A stretch of 64,000 bases of DNA from Myxococcota bacterium (GTDB lineage Bacteria > Myxococcota > Myxococcia > Myxococcales > Myxococcaceae), in the NCBI GenBank assembly GCA_049322255.1, contig JBMORE010000127.1, forward strand, positions 1-64,000. The letters are read 5' to 3'. Positions 37,593-49,215 of the stretch are shown here, one piece after another. Each line of letters begins with the position of its first letter. The first letter of the stretch is position 1. The position numbers were made by a program, and so were the translations under genes. The notes beneath the pieces were generated by a model, which worked only from the letters and a program-made list of their open reading frames with translations, ran no database searches and was not told the DNA's origin.

Positions 37593-38909
37593 ATGAGAAG
37601 AACGTTCTTGGCACTCGTCGCGGTGATGCTGGCGGGCTGCGATTGTGGCCGTGAATCGAACCGTGGTTCCGACGGGGGCGACAAGGTCGACGGAGGCGAT
37701 GCATCAACCCCTTTTTCGTACTTCACGCTCGACCCGCAAGCATCAGCACGAACCGTTCTCTCGATGGCCATCGGCCCCAATGACCGAGTGGGGGTGGCGT
37801 ACTTCTCCTCGACCGACGGCGGTATTCCCGGGGCATTGGATGGGGGCGGCGGTCTCATCCCCAATTGGGACATTCGCTACGTCGAGTGGAGCGCGGGTAA
37901 CTTCTCCGCTCCCGAGCGCATCGTCACCGTGCAGCGCGTGAACGGCCTTTCTCTCGCCTTCCAAGCGAACGGAGAGCCGGCGGTCGCCTATTTGGGCGGC
38001 GGCAGCGACAACTCTACCTTTTGGTTCCAGAGTGACGCGGTGGTGAGTTACCGCAGCGGTGGTACTTGGACCGAGCAGGCGGTTGCGACCATGAGTAATG
38101 AGGCCGTTTGCGGCAACGTCGTCTCGGACAACGGTTTCTTGGTAGGGCTCAATCCAGGGCTGACTTTCAGTGGCGCGACCGCATTCGTTGCTTGGAGGGA
38201 CGCGCATACGGGTCAGAACGCCCAAGATGGGTGGGCGGGGAGTGACTTGGAGGTAGCAGAGGGAGGCCCCACGACGTGGAATCGCATCTGTGTGATGGCC
38301 GGTGGCGACAACAAGCAGGGTTACGGCGGCCACATTCATATGATTCAAGCCGCCGGCCAGCCGGCGCTGGTGCATGACAGGTTCGTCGCCAGCGCGGATG
38401 GTACGGGACAGGACGTCATCTTCGTTCGTCGCCAATCCAACGGCGCGTGGACGAGCGGGCAAGTCGTTCAGAGCGTGGCGAACACCCAGTCGGGTGCATC
38501 GTTGGGGTGGGATCCGGTGGAGGGCTACAGCATCGCGGTCATCGATCGCGCCACCGACCTTCTTACCTACACGCACTCGATGGATGGACAGACGTGGACA
38601 CTGCCGACGCCGGTTTACCAGGCGGGAACGGGCGGGTGGTGGCCTTCGCTTGCCTTCGATCCCATCAACCACGAGCCGGCGATTGCCTACTACGTATGCT
38701 CGGCGCGATTGGGGATGAACGAGGAGAGCTGTACGCCGGCATACGACGGGCTGGTTGTCACTCAGCGCATCGCCGATATTTGGCGCGAGGTGTTGGTCGA
38801 CTCTGAGGGAGGTTACCTACCCAAGCTGGGATTCCTCTCCAGCGGAAGGCTGGCCGTGGCGTACCGCAACTTGTCCGACGGGACGATTCGGTTGGCTGTT
38901 GAGCGATGA
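37593..38909 (+). CDS. Hypothetical lipoprotein, probable beta-propeller
   Basis: Lipobox LAGC-DC; repeated SLAF....PAVAY / PAIAYY / LAVAY strands. Confidence 0.7.
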   Translation: MRRTFLALVAVMLAGCDCGRESNRGSDGGDKVDGGDASTPFSYFTLDPQASARTVLSMAIGPNDRVGVAYFSSTDGGIPGALDGGGGLIPNWDIRYVEWSAGNFSAPERIVTVQRVNGLSLAFQANGEPAVAYLGGGSDNSTFWFQSDAVVSYRSGGTWTEQAVATMSNEAVCGNVVSDNGFLVGLNPGLTFSGATAFVAWRDAHTGQNAQDGWAGSDLEVAEGGPTTWNRICVMAGGDNKQGYGGHIHMIQAAGQPALVHDRFVASADGTGQDVIFVRRQSNGAWTSGQVVQSVANTQSGASLGWDPVEGYSIAVIDRATDLLTYTHSMDGQTWTLPTPVYQAGTGGWWPSLAFDPINHEPAIAYYVCSARLGMNEESCTPAYDGLVVTQRIADIWREVLVDSEGGYLPKLGFLSSGRLAVAYRNLSDGTIRLAVER

Positions 38910-38942
38910 GCGGGAAGGTCGAATCGGCTATAGAGGCCTGCT

Positions 38943-39977
38943 GTGAACGACCGCCTGCTCCGCGCTGCGCGATGCCAGCCCACCGACACTACTCCCGTCT
39001 GGATCATGCGCCAGGCAGGTCGTTACCTGCCCGAGTACCGCGCGGTGCGGGAGAAGGTGGCTTTCCTCGAGCTGTGCAAGTCGCCTGACCTCGCCGCCGA
39101 GGTGACGGTGCAGCCGGTGAGGCGCTTGGGTGTGGACGCGGCGATCATCTTCTCCGACATCCTCATTCCCGTGGAGGCAATGGGGATGGCCCTCGAGCTC
39201 GGCGATCAAGGGCCACATCTGCCCGCGCCCCTTCGCTCGGGAGCGGACGTGGAGAAGCTCGCGGTGCCCGACCCGGAGTCGACGATGGGTTTCGTCGGTG
39301 AGGCGATTCGCCGCACGAAGAAGACGCTCGGCGACTCGGTGCCGGTGATTGGTTTTTGTGGCGCGCCCTTCACCCTGGCCGCTTACATGGTCGAGGGCGG
39401 CGGCTCGAAGAGCTTCCTCCACGTCAAGCGCCTGCTCTTCGAACAGCCGAAAGTCGCCCACCGGCTCTTCGAGAAGCTCACCGACACGCTCGTTCCCTAC
39501 TTGAAGATGCAGGTCGCCGCCGGCGCGAAGGTGGTGCAGATCTTCGACTCCTGGGGCGGAGAGCTCTCGCCGCGCGACTTTTCCACCTTCACCTTGCCGT
39601 ACGTGTCGCGGATGGTGGCTGAGCTTCGGCCGCTGGTGCCGGTCATCTACTTCGGCACCGCGATGTCCACCCACCTGCCGCTGATGAAGAAGACCGGCGC
39701 CGACGTGCTCGGGCTCGATTGGCGCATCGAGATCGACGAGGCCCGCAGGGTGCTAGGGTCGGAGGTGGCGGTGCAGGGCAACCTCGACCCCATGGCGCTG
39801 TTTTTGCCCCGCGACGAGCTCGAGACACGGGTGGAGGACATCCTTCGCCGCGCGGGGAACGTGGGGCACATCTTCAATCTGGGGCACGGCATTCTTCCGC
39901 CCACCGACCCCGACTCCGCGGCGGCGCTGGTGGAGATGGTTCACCGCCTGGGCGCGCGGTTGCGAAAGGAACGCTAA
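38943..39977 (+). CDS. hemE: Uroporphyrinogen decarboxylase
   Basis: PVWIMRQAGRYLPEY, FSDIL, QIFDSW, QGNLDP and FNLGHG. Confidence 0.97.
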   Translation: MNDRLLRAARCQPTDTTPVWIMRQAGRYLPEYRAVREKVAFLELCKSPDLAAEVTVQPVRRLGVDAAIIFSDILIPVEAMGMALELGDQGPHLPAPLRSGADVEKLAVPDPESTMGFVGEAIRRTKKTLGDSVPVIGFCGAPFTLAAYMVEGGGSKSFLHVKRLLFEQPKVAHRLFEKLTDTLVPYLKMQVAAGAKVVQIFDSWGGELSPRDFSTFTLPYVSRMVAELRPLVPVIYFGTAMSTHLPLMKKTGADVLGLDWRIEIDEARRVLGSEVAVQGNLDPMALFLPRDELETRVEDILRRAGNVGHIFNLGHGILPPTDPDSAAALVEMVHRLGARLRKER

Positions 39978-39982
39978 AAAGC

Positions 39983-40960
39983 GTGGAGCGCATCGGCGTC
40001 GTGCTTCTCCACCGTGGAGATCCTTTCGGGCCCGAGGCGGTGAAGCCCTTCCTACGTGCGTACTACGCCGACCCGCTCGCCCATTCGCTGCCGGTGTGGA
40101 GCGAGATGCAGAAGCTGTGGGCCCGCATCCGCGCCGCCGAGGAGCACAAGCGCGTGGCACAGGCGCTCTTCGAATTGGGCGGGAAGTCGCCGCTGAATCA
40201 TTGCGTGGAGACGCTCGCCCATGGGCTCGAAGCCGTGCTCAACGGAGACAACGCCGGCACCGCGGCCGCCGGTTTCTCAGTGAAGACCGCCTATCGCTAC
40301 CCCAGCTCGGGTGCGGCCGAGGTGGTGAAAGGATTGGCCTCCGAGGGCATCGCGCGGGTGGTGGGGCTCTCCCTCTACCCGCAGCATTCGCCGGCGCTCC
40401 TGGCTTCTTCGGCGACGGAGCTTCAGCGCGCCTGCGAGGACAAGCACCTGTCCATCGTCGATCGCTATGCCACGCACCCGAAGTACCTCGAGGTGGTGCG
40501 CGCTTCGATGGACCAGGCTCTCGCCTGCTTCGACGGCGACGAACAGCCCAACGTGGCGGTGCTCTTCTGTGCGCTCCCCGTTGCTGCGGCCCACGTGCGT
40601 GACGGCGACCCCTACCCCCAGCAGCTCTCCGCCACCGTCCGTGCGGTTACCGCCCAGCTGCCCAACCCGAGCATGCTCTGCTACCTGGGCGACGAGGCGC
40701 CGCGGCCCTCCGTCGAGCAGGCGCTCACCATCCTCGTACAGAAGAATTCCAAAGAGCTGCTCCTGGTGCCGTTGGGCACCACGGTGGACGAAGTGTCCAG
40801 CCTGCACCCGCTGGAGGTCGTCCTGCGCCGCCGCGCCAAGGAGCTCGGCTTTCGCCACGTCGAACGGGCCGCTTCGCCGGCGTCGGCCACTTCGTTTCCT
40901 CAGGCGCTTGGCGTCCTCCTGCGCGAGCACCTCGAGCGGCTGGCGGCTCTCGGCTTGTGA
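39983..40960 (+). CDS. Ferrochelatase-like protein with degenerate catalytic residues
   Basis: HemH scaffold (GVVLL, GGKSPL, LYPQ.S, GDPY), but FSAH is FCAL and DHxET is DEVSS; follows hemE. Confidence 0.75.
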   Translation: MERIGVVLLHRGDPFGPEAVKPFLRAYYADPLAHSLPVWSEMQKLWARIRAAEEHKRVAQALFELGGKSPLNHCVETLAHGLEAVLNGDNAGTAAAGFSVKTAYRYPSSGAAEVVKGLASEGIARVVGLSLYPQHSPALLASSATELQRACEDKHLSIVDRYATHPKYLEVVRASMDQALACFDGDEQPNVAVLFCALPVAAAHVRDGDPYPQQLSATVRAVTAQLPNPSMLCYLGDEAPRPSVEQALTILVQKNSKELLLVPLGTTVDEVSSLHPLEVVLRRRAKELGFRHVERAASPASATSFPQALGVLLREHLERLAALGL

Positions 40961-40973
40961 CGAAAAGCTTTTT

Positions 40974-41642
40974 TCAGTCTCCGCCGATGAGGATCCCAAG
41001 CCCAGCTTGCATGACCAGGGCGGCGGCCTCAGGGGGCAGCCGGCCAGAGACAAAGGCCGGGTAGACGGCCGACACTTCGGGCATGACGCGGACGGTACGC
41101 GTGATGGACAATGAAAGCCCCACGGAGAGCCCCGCCGCCAACGCGCCGTTCTCACCGTGAACGGTATCGACGCTGTCCAACAGCTTTGGGGAGACCACGA
41201 ATAGGTGATCGCCCCCCATCCTGAAATTGAGAGGCGCGTCCAAGTACATGGTGAAGGTTCCAGCCTGGGCGGCGCAAGGGGCTGGTCCTTCCAATGTGCA
41301 TCCCAAAGACGGAAGAAGCAGCCTCAATCCCGGGAAGCCCGCCCCCGGCATCAAAGCGACATCGATGCCGCTGTCAGGGGATGGCGATCGAACCAGCTCG
41401 AACTTTGCGTCGAGCTTGAAGGAATACGGTGGCCAAACCTTGAGACCGAGATCGATGCCGTCAGCGATGCCGACTCTCGCCCCCAACTCGGGAATCACCA
41501 TGCCGCCACGCGTCGGATGGAACTGAGCCCCGGGAGCAACCAGGAGCTGCCAGTGGCCTTTTTCGATCGCTCTTGCGTTCGTGAAAGTGCTCACTGAGGC
41601 GCAGCCGGTGAGCAGAGCCATCAGGCCAATGATTGTTCGCAT
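40974..41642 (-). CDS. Hypothetical lipoprotein with a beta-barrel-like C-terminus
   Basis: Lipobox LTGC; amphipathic strands (ELGARVGI, VRVMPEVS, QAGLGI). Confidence 0.6.
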   Translation of the reverse strand: MRTIIGLMALLTGCASVSTFTNARAIEKGHWQLLVAPGAQFHPTRGGMVIPELGARVGIADGIDLGLKVWPPYSFKLDAKFELVRSPSPDSGIDVALMPGAGFPGLRLLLPSLGCTLEGPAPCAAQAGTFTMYLDAPLNFRMGGDHLFVVSPKLLDSVDTVHGENGALAAGLSVGLSLSITRTVRVMPEVSAVYPAFVSGRLPPEAAALVMQAGLGILIGGD

Positions 41643-42095
41643 GATGGGCTGTTCAGCAATCAAGGTGCCACGCGCGGCTGAACGCCAGATGACCTAGATA
41701 GAGTTGGCTTCGGCGCTTCGAGGAGCGACGATTTTTTGAGAGACCACGACCGCGGTGTCACGGCTTGCGGTACGGAAGGCGGAGCACAGCCGAGCTTTTG
41801 CGAGCTTCGAATTGGTTCACCGGTTGCAGACCGGGGCCGCAAGAGGTGGCCCGATGAAAATGCTTGGTGCTGTCGCCTCGACGGTGGGGAGTGGGTTGCT
41901 GTCGCTCGCGCCTCACCAGCGTGAGCCCCGGATGTGGGCGGCCGAACTGCAACAGCATTCGGGTGACACGGCCCGACGGCGGCGTGGACGAGTTTTCCTT
42001 CTTCCAGGTGAACGGCGCTACGGTGGAGGTCCCGCGCCCCGCAGTCGACGGAGGACCCTAGCGTGAATGGTTTGAAAAAGCGCACCCCCAAAGAA

Positions 42096-42596
42096 ATGTT
42101 TGGAAAACACTTCCTCGGTCGTTTTCTTCTGCTGTTCGCAGCGGCGGTAGCCATGATGGCGCCATCGCCCGGTGGTTCGGGCGGTGGTTGTGCCTGCCTC
42201 GCATGCTTGCAGGTCGACCCTGTGCCCGACCTCCAGGTGACATTGAAGCCAGTGGGTGATTCGGGTTTCTCCGAGGGGGAAGCCGAATTTTTCGACGGCG
42301 AAAGCCACGGAAGCGATGCCGGCACCGGCGTGGTGGTCAGTCTTCGTCCAGCTGGAAACACTGTTCTTCTCGGACCACGATCTGTCCACATTCACAACGG
42401 AACGTGTGGCGACGCAGGCACAGTCGCCTTTGCGCTCGCCTATACGGACAGCTCTGCCGCCTCCGACCCTTTTTTCCTCAAGGGTGACATATCGACGGGG
42501 CTCGAGAATCTACGCGGGGGTCACATGTCAATTGACGTCCACGCTCCGTCGCCGCCCGAGACCACGGTGGTCGAATTATGTGGCGATATCCCCTGA
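42096..42596 (+). CDS. Small exported protein with a CHRD/Cu-Zn-SOD-like HIHxGxC motif
   Basis: Signal peptide; VHIHNGTC, IDVH and LCGDI. Confidence 0.55.
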   Translation: MFGKHFLGRFLLLFAAAVAMMAPSPGGSGGGCACLACLQVDPVPDLQVTLKPVGDSGFSEGEAEFFDGESHGSDAGTGVVVSLRPAGNTVLLGPRSVHIHNGTCGDAGTVAFALAYTDSSAASDPFFLKGDISTGLENLRGGHMSIDVHAPSPPETTVVELCGDIP

Positions 42597-43151
42597 GGCG
42601 CTCCTTGAGCAATCGCGGTGGGAGGACAGGGTTCACGTCCGACATTGGGCATCGTGCGTCTTTCGCGAGGCCACGGTGCGTACCTACGCGCGCTGCGGAA
42701 AATCGCCGCTCGTCGAGGTCATGGACTTCTACTACCTGCTCGCCGGCTACAACTTCAGGGCCCCGTTAGCTGCGGGCTCAATGACGGCGGAGGAATGCTC
42801 ACCCCAAGGCCCGGGTGGTGGCATCTGTGCCGGCCGCCTGGAGACCGGCTGCGACGCTCTTCTCAACAAAGATGCCATGGGTCTGGGCACGAGTTCGACA
42901 CCACAGACTCCGGCGGCCCTCGCAGCTCGGCATGGTACGTCTACGCCGGTTATCGAACCCATCAGTATGCGCTCATCGCGACTGGCCACTGGCGCCCAGG
43001 AACGCTCACCGGAGTCGCGTTGAGCCGCCTTGATGTTGGCTCGGCTCATATCTCTGTTGGGGCAGGGCACCTCTGTCGGGCTTGCCGAGGTGCTCGATGA
43101 GCAAGTTCGCGTAGTTGTTTGCGGCATCCCGCTTGCTTTTCGCGCCCCGCC

Positions 43152-44399
43152 GTGAGGGGAGCGCTCTTCGTCGCTGTCGCTGGGTTGGTTTCCTGCGGGC
43201 CGCCGCCACCACCACCCCAATGCATCCCCCGGAGAAACGTCGAGGCGGTTTCAGATTTGTCGCCGACCGAGGGCCAACGGGCCGTGGTGCGGCTGCATAC
43301 TCCTGCCGACTTACGCTGCGAGGACGTTGCGCCCACCTTCCGGTTGGCAGTGGCCGATCCAGAAAACCAGCCGGTGGAGCACTCCGCCGAGTTCCACTCC
43401 TTTGGACAGGCGAGCAATGGTTATTTGGAGGTCTCTTTCCCGACCGCGCAGCCGGGCGAATACCACGTGCACGCCGAGCTCGCCTTTCTTGGCCGCGACG
43501 TGGTGATGCAACGGGACGTGACGGTCTTCGAGGACCACACGGCGGCCACCTTCGTGGAGCTGCCTGCCGCTTGCAATCGGTTGCAGCGCACCTCGCTCGG
43601 AGCCTTCTTGTGCGATGGTCAGGTCTTTCGCGACGGCGCGGAGGTGCAGCGGCTGACCGGAGAGCTCCGGGTGGCGGGGAATGTGGTGTGGCGTTGGGCG
43701 GACGGACAAATCGAGCGTTGGGTGGAGTCAGATCGCGCTGGGTTGCAGGCCGGCTTTCCATTCGTCGATGCGATGGACGCCAGCGAAGACGACCTCATCG
43801 TGTTCGCGGAGCAGAAGGTGTACCGGTTCATGTATGGGTCCAACGGGCTCACTGTCCTGGGGCCAACGCAGATGCCGACGTCGTTGGGCTTGCCTCCGAC
43901 GATGACCCTGCGCGAGGGGGCGCTGGTCTTTGCGATCGAAGCCAGCACCCGGAGCATCGGCCCGCCCCCGCCGTTCTGTTACAGCACCTGGGAAGTCTCC
44001 TCAACTCCGGCACTGGTCAGCGAGGCCAACGACCTGATGGGTTTTTGTTCCAACGCCTCTCTCCCGGGAACCCCGGTGGCAGCGGGCGATGGCTGGCTGT
44101 GGACGCGGCAGGAGGACGGTTCTGTGCGGCTTGCCCGGCCCAGCGGAACACGGCTGCAGCTCGAGCGCTCCGCTGCCCTGCCGAAAGGTTTCTCGCTCAG
44201 CGCTCCCGGCGGCGGGGGACCGGTCGTCTTGAACCGGGACGGCGATTGGGTGCTCCCTCGGGTGACTGACCAGGGTGTTCGCTACGAGCGCTACGCGTGG
44301 CCGGGGACGGTCGAGCTCTTGGGCGCCGATGACCAGATTGCCTGGGGCCGGCCGGTGGATGCACCGTCGCGCACGCGGGTGTTTGTTCGCTATCAGTGA
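43152..44399 (+). CDS. Hypothetical lipoprotein
   Basis: Lipobox LVSC; long ORF with GC3-biased codons. Confidence 0.6.
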   Translation: MRGALFVAVAGLVSCGPPPPPPQCIPRRNVEAVSDLSPTEGQRAVVRLHTPADLRCEDVAPTFRLAVADPENQPVEHSAEFHSFGQASNGYLEVSFPTAQPGEYHVHAELAFLGRDVVMQRDVTVFEDHTAATFVELPAACNRLQRTSLGAFLCDGQVFRDGAEVQRLTGELRVAGNVVWRWADGQIERWVESDRAGLQAGFPFVDAMDASEDDLIVFAEQKVYRFMYGSNGLTVLGPTQMPTSLGLPPTMTLREGALVFAIEASTRSIGPPPPFCYSTWEVSSTPALVSEANDLMGFCSNASLPGTPVAAGDGWLWTRQEDGSVRLARPSGTRLQLERSAALPKGFSLSAPGGGGPVVLNRDGDWVLPRVTDQGVRYERYAWPGTVELLGADDQIAWGRPVDAPSRTRVFVRYQ

Positions 44400-44406
44400 G
44401 TTGGCG

Positions 44407-44440
44407 CCCCTCACCCCATCCCTCTCCCAATGGGAAGAGG
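44407..44440 (-). repeat. BoxC/REP-like repeat, copy 4 (inverted)
   Basis: CCCCTCACCCCatCCCTCTCCCaatGGGAAGAGG. Confidence 0.8.
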
Positions 44441-44516
44441 AGGCTTTGGTTGACGCCCATGTGGCGTGGTCGTTAGGTTCCGCCGCCCTTCGACTTGAAG
44501 CGGGCGGGAGGCAACC

Positions 44517-45814
<1,298 letters not shown>

Positions 45815-45815
<1 letters not shown>

Positions 45816-48031
45816 TGGCGAAGAATTCCTCGACCGCTCCCAGCGCTTTCACCTCCCGGGTGGAGGACGGCGTGGCCATCTTCACCCTCGATGTCCCCGA
45901 CGAGCCGGTGAACACGCTCTCGCCACAGGTGGGCGCCGAGCTCGAGCGACTGCTCGAGAAGGCCGAACGCGACGACCAGGTGAAGGCGGTGGTTTTCGTC
46001 TCGGGAAAGAAAGACAACTTCGTCGCCGGCGCGAAAATCGACTTCCTCTCCACGTTGGAGACAGCCGAAGACGCCGAGGCGGCATCGAAGCAGGCTCAAG
46101 CCGGTTTCAACCGCCTCGCCGCCTTCCCCAAGCCGGTGGTGGCGGCGATTCACGGCGCCTGCCTGGGCGGAGGTCTGGAGTGGGCGTTGGCCTGCTCCTT
46201 CCGCATCGCCAGCGACCACCCGAAGACTTCGTTGGGTCTCCCTGAGGTACAGCTGGGGCTGATTCCCGGCGCCGGCGGCACCCAGCGGCTCCCCCGGCTC
46301 ATCGGCGCGCCCGCAGCGCTCGACCTCATTCTCACCGGTAAATCGCTCAAGGCGAAGAAGGCGCTCAAGCTCGGGGTGGTCGACGAGGTGGTGCCCTCGC
46401 CCATTCTCCTCGAGGTGGCGGTGCGGCGTGCCCGTGAGCTGGCCTTGGGCGCCTTGAAGCCCGAACGCGTGCGTGCGCGGGGCCTGCGCTCGGTTTCCAA
46501 AGGACGCGGGCTTAAGGAAATCCTCAAGGGCTTGGCGCAAAAAGAGCTCTGGGCCGAGCTGGCCCTCGAGGACAACCCGTTGGGGCGCAAGCTCCTCTTC
46601 GAGCAGGCAAAGAAGCAGCTCTTCAAGAAGACCAAGGGGCACTACCCGGCGCCGCAGAAGGCGCTCGAGGCGGTGCGGGTCGGTTTGGAAGAGGGAATGG
46701 AGGCGGGGTTTTCGGCGGAGGCGCGCCTGTTCGGTGAGCTGGTGGTGTCGGACGTCTCCAAGCGCTTGGTGGAGATTTTTTTCGCCACCACCGCGCTCAA
46801 GAAGGAGAACGGCACCGACGACCCGAAGGTGAAGGCGCGGCCCGTGAGGAAGGTGGGCGTGCTCGGAGGCGGGCTGATGGGCGGCGGAATCGCCTATGTC
46901 ACCGCCAACAGCGTCGGGGTGCCGGCGCGCATCAAGGAGAAGGACGACGCCGGCATGGGCCGCGCGCTTGCGCACGTGCAAGGGCTGTTCGACGAGCGGG
47001 TACGGCGCCGGTCGATCAGCTGGCGCGAGGGCGCTGCGAAGATGGCGCTGGTTTCCGCCACCACGGACTACTCGGGCTTCGCCAGCGCCGACGTGGTCAT
47101 CGAAGCGGTGTTCGAGGACTTAGAGCTCAAGCGCAACATCATTCGCGAGGTGGAGAAGGTCACCCGGCCGGAGTGCATCTTCGCCTCGAACACCTCCTCC
47201 CTTCCCATCACCCAGCTGGCCGAGGCGAGCGCGCGGCCCGAGACGGTCATCGGGATGCACTACTTCAGCCCGGTGAACAAGATGCCGCTGCTCGAGATCA
47301 TCGTGCACCCCCGCACCGCCAAGTGGGTGACCGCCACCTGCGTGGAGCTGGGCAAGAAGCAAGGCAAGACGGTCATCGTGGTGAACGACGGAGCCGGCTT
47401 CTACACCTCACGCGTCCTCGCTCCGTACATGAACGAGGCGGCGCACCTGCTCGGTGAAGGGGCGGACATCGCCGAGCTGGACAAGGCGCTGGTCGACTTC
47501 GGCTTTCCCGTGGGGCCGATCACCTTGCTCGACGAGGTGGGCATCGACGTGGCCGCCAAGGTGGCGAAGATTCTCCATGCCGCGTTCGGAGAGCGCATGA
47601 GCGCCCCGGAGCACACCGAGACGCTGTTGGCCGAGGGCCGACTGGGCCGCAAGGCGAAGAAGGGCTTCTACACCTATGACGGTAAGAAGAAGCAGGTCGA
47701 CGATTCGGTGTACGCCTACCTGCCGCACGGCAAGGACCGAAAGAGGCTCGACCGCCAGGAGATGGTCGAGCGCTGCGTTTTGCAGATGGTGAACGAGGCG
47801 ATTCGCTGCTTGGGGGAAAACGTGCTGCGCTCGCCGCGCGATGGAGACATCGGCGCCATCTTCGGCTTGGGCTTTCCGCCGTTTTTGGGAGGCCCATTCC
47901 GCTATGCGGACAGCATGGGTTCCAAGAACCTCCTGTCGCGCCTGGAGCACTACCGAGGCAAGCTGGGCGAGCGCTTCGAGCCGGCGCCGTTTTTGGTGGA
48001 GAAGGCGAAAGAGGGGAAGGGGTTTTGCTAA
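45815..48031 (+). CDS. fadJ: Fatty-acid oxidation complex subunit alpha (enoyl-CoA hydratase / 3-hydroxyacyl-CoA dehydrogenase)
   Basis: GLPEVQLGLIPGAGGTQRLPR, GGGLMGGG, IEAVFE, SNTSSL and GMHYFSP; ATG overlaps the fadI TGA. Confidence 0.95.
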
Positions 48032-48036
48032 CGAGG

Positions 48037-48186
48037 CGAACAGCCGGGAGCGGGAGCGGGAGCGGGAGCGTTTGCGGGGACGTGTACGGCTGACGGTACC
48101 GGGTCACGTGCCCGGTTGCGTGTGACGTGACCGATTGCCCGCCCCCGTCCCCGAAGGCGCTCCCGCTCCCGCTCCCGGTTGTTTCG
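48037..48186. repeat. ~150-bp palindromic element with (CGGGAG)n arms
   Basis: Left arm cgaacagcc(gggagc)4gtttgcggggacg mirrors right arm cgtccccgaaggc(gctccc)3ggttgtttcg; inner hairpin accgggtcacgtgcccggt. Confidence 0.75.
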
Positions 48187-48355
48187 TCTGGCCTCTCACC
48201 GGCGCCTCGCAGCGCTCGGTCTTTTTTTTCTGGTGGCAGTGCCGTAGCCCGTACTGGTGGTGACACCCGCACGGGTCGGTGCGCTTGTCGTGTGCCAGCG
48301 CCGGGCCTGCGAAAAGCAGCGCTCCGATCAGCGCCCCCACCCATCCGCGCCGCAT
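48104..48355 (-). CDS. Small secreted His/Cys-rich (YHYH-like) protein
   Basis: RBS GAGGAGG; signal peptide ending ALA-H; HDKRTDPCGCHH..GLRHCH; the C-terminus runs into the repeat element. Confidence 0.6.
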   Translation of the reverse strand: MRRGWVGALIGALLFAGPALAHDKRTDPCGCHHQYGLRHCHQKKKTERCEAPVRGQTKQPGAGAGAPSGTGAGNRSRHTQPGT

Positions 48356-48444
48356 GTGCCCTCCTCAGCTCTTCTTGGATGGGTGGGGACGTCCTCCGAG
48401 GGTGGCAAGAGCAGCGTCCAGTGCTTGACGGCGCGGGTGCAGTG

Positions 48445-49110
48445 ATGGAGGAACCCCTGGTGACTCCTTCGCCCCTCGCCCACTTCGACGCGCTGCCGAT
48501 CCTCGAGCGGCTCTTCGTGCGCGGCCGGCTCTGGAGCGCCCCTTTGGAGCAGCTCGCTGCCCGTGCCCCTGCAGGCGCCATCGCCGACGTCGGTTGTGGC
48601 CACGGCCTGCTCACCGCGCTGCTCGCCTCCGGCCGGGCCGATCGCCTCGTCACCGGCATCGACCCCGACCCGCGGAAAATCGCCTGGGCCCGGCGCGCCC
48701 TGGCGGCTCTTCCCAACGTGCGGCTCGAGCAAGAGCGCATCGAAGATCTGGCCGCGCGCGCCCCCGCCGCTTTCGACGCGGTGGTGGTGGCGGATGTCCT
48801 CTACCTGTTGCCACTGCCGGCTTGGCCCGCGTTCTTGACGGCCGCCCGAGCGCTCTTGCGCCCTGGTGGCCGCTTGCTCCTCAAGGAGGCGGTCGCCGAT
48901 GGCTCATGGAAACATTGGAAGGCGATGGCTCAGGAGAAGGTGATGGTCACCCTCCTGCGCCGAACCCGCTCGAGCGGCGGTATGTCTTTTCAGCCACGCC
49001 AGCACACCGAGCAGCTCATCGCCCAGAGCGGTTTTTCCCACCAGGGCACCATCGACCTCTCGAGCGGCTACGCAACCCCGCACGCGCTCTTCGTGGCCAT
49101 CGCCAGTTAG
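48445..49110 (+). CDS. Class I SAM-dependent methyltransferase
   Basis: IADVGCGHG, GIDPD, DVLYL and LRPGGRLLLKE. Confidence 0.85.
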   Translation: MEEPLVTPSPLAHFDALPILERLFVRGRLWSAPLEQLAARAPAGAIADVGCGHGLLTALLASGRADRLVTGIDPDPRKIAWARRALAALPNVRLEQERIEDLAARAPAAFDAVVVADVLYLLPLPAWPAFLTAARALLRPGGRLLLKEAVADGSWKHWKAMAQEKVMVTLLRRTRSSGGMSFQPRQHTEQLIAQSGFSHQGTIDLSSGYATPHALFVAIAS

Positions 49111-49215
49111 CCTACACTGGCCCACATTTACCCTCACCGCAAACGCGCGAAGCAACCGTGCCTGTGCCAATAATCGCCGGCGAAAAGGGCGCGATCGGTC
49201 GGTGGGCGACCGGCC

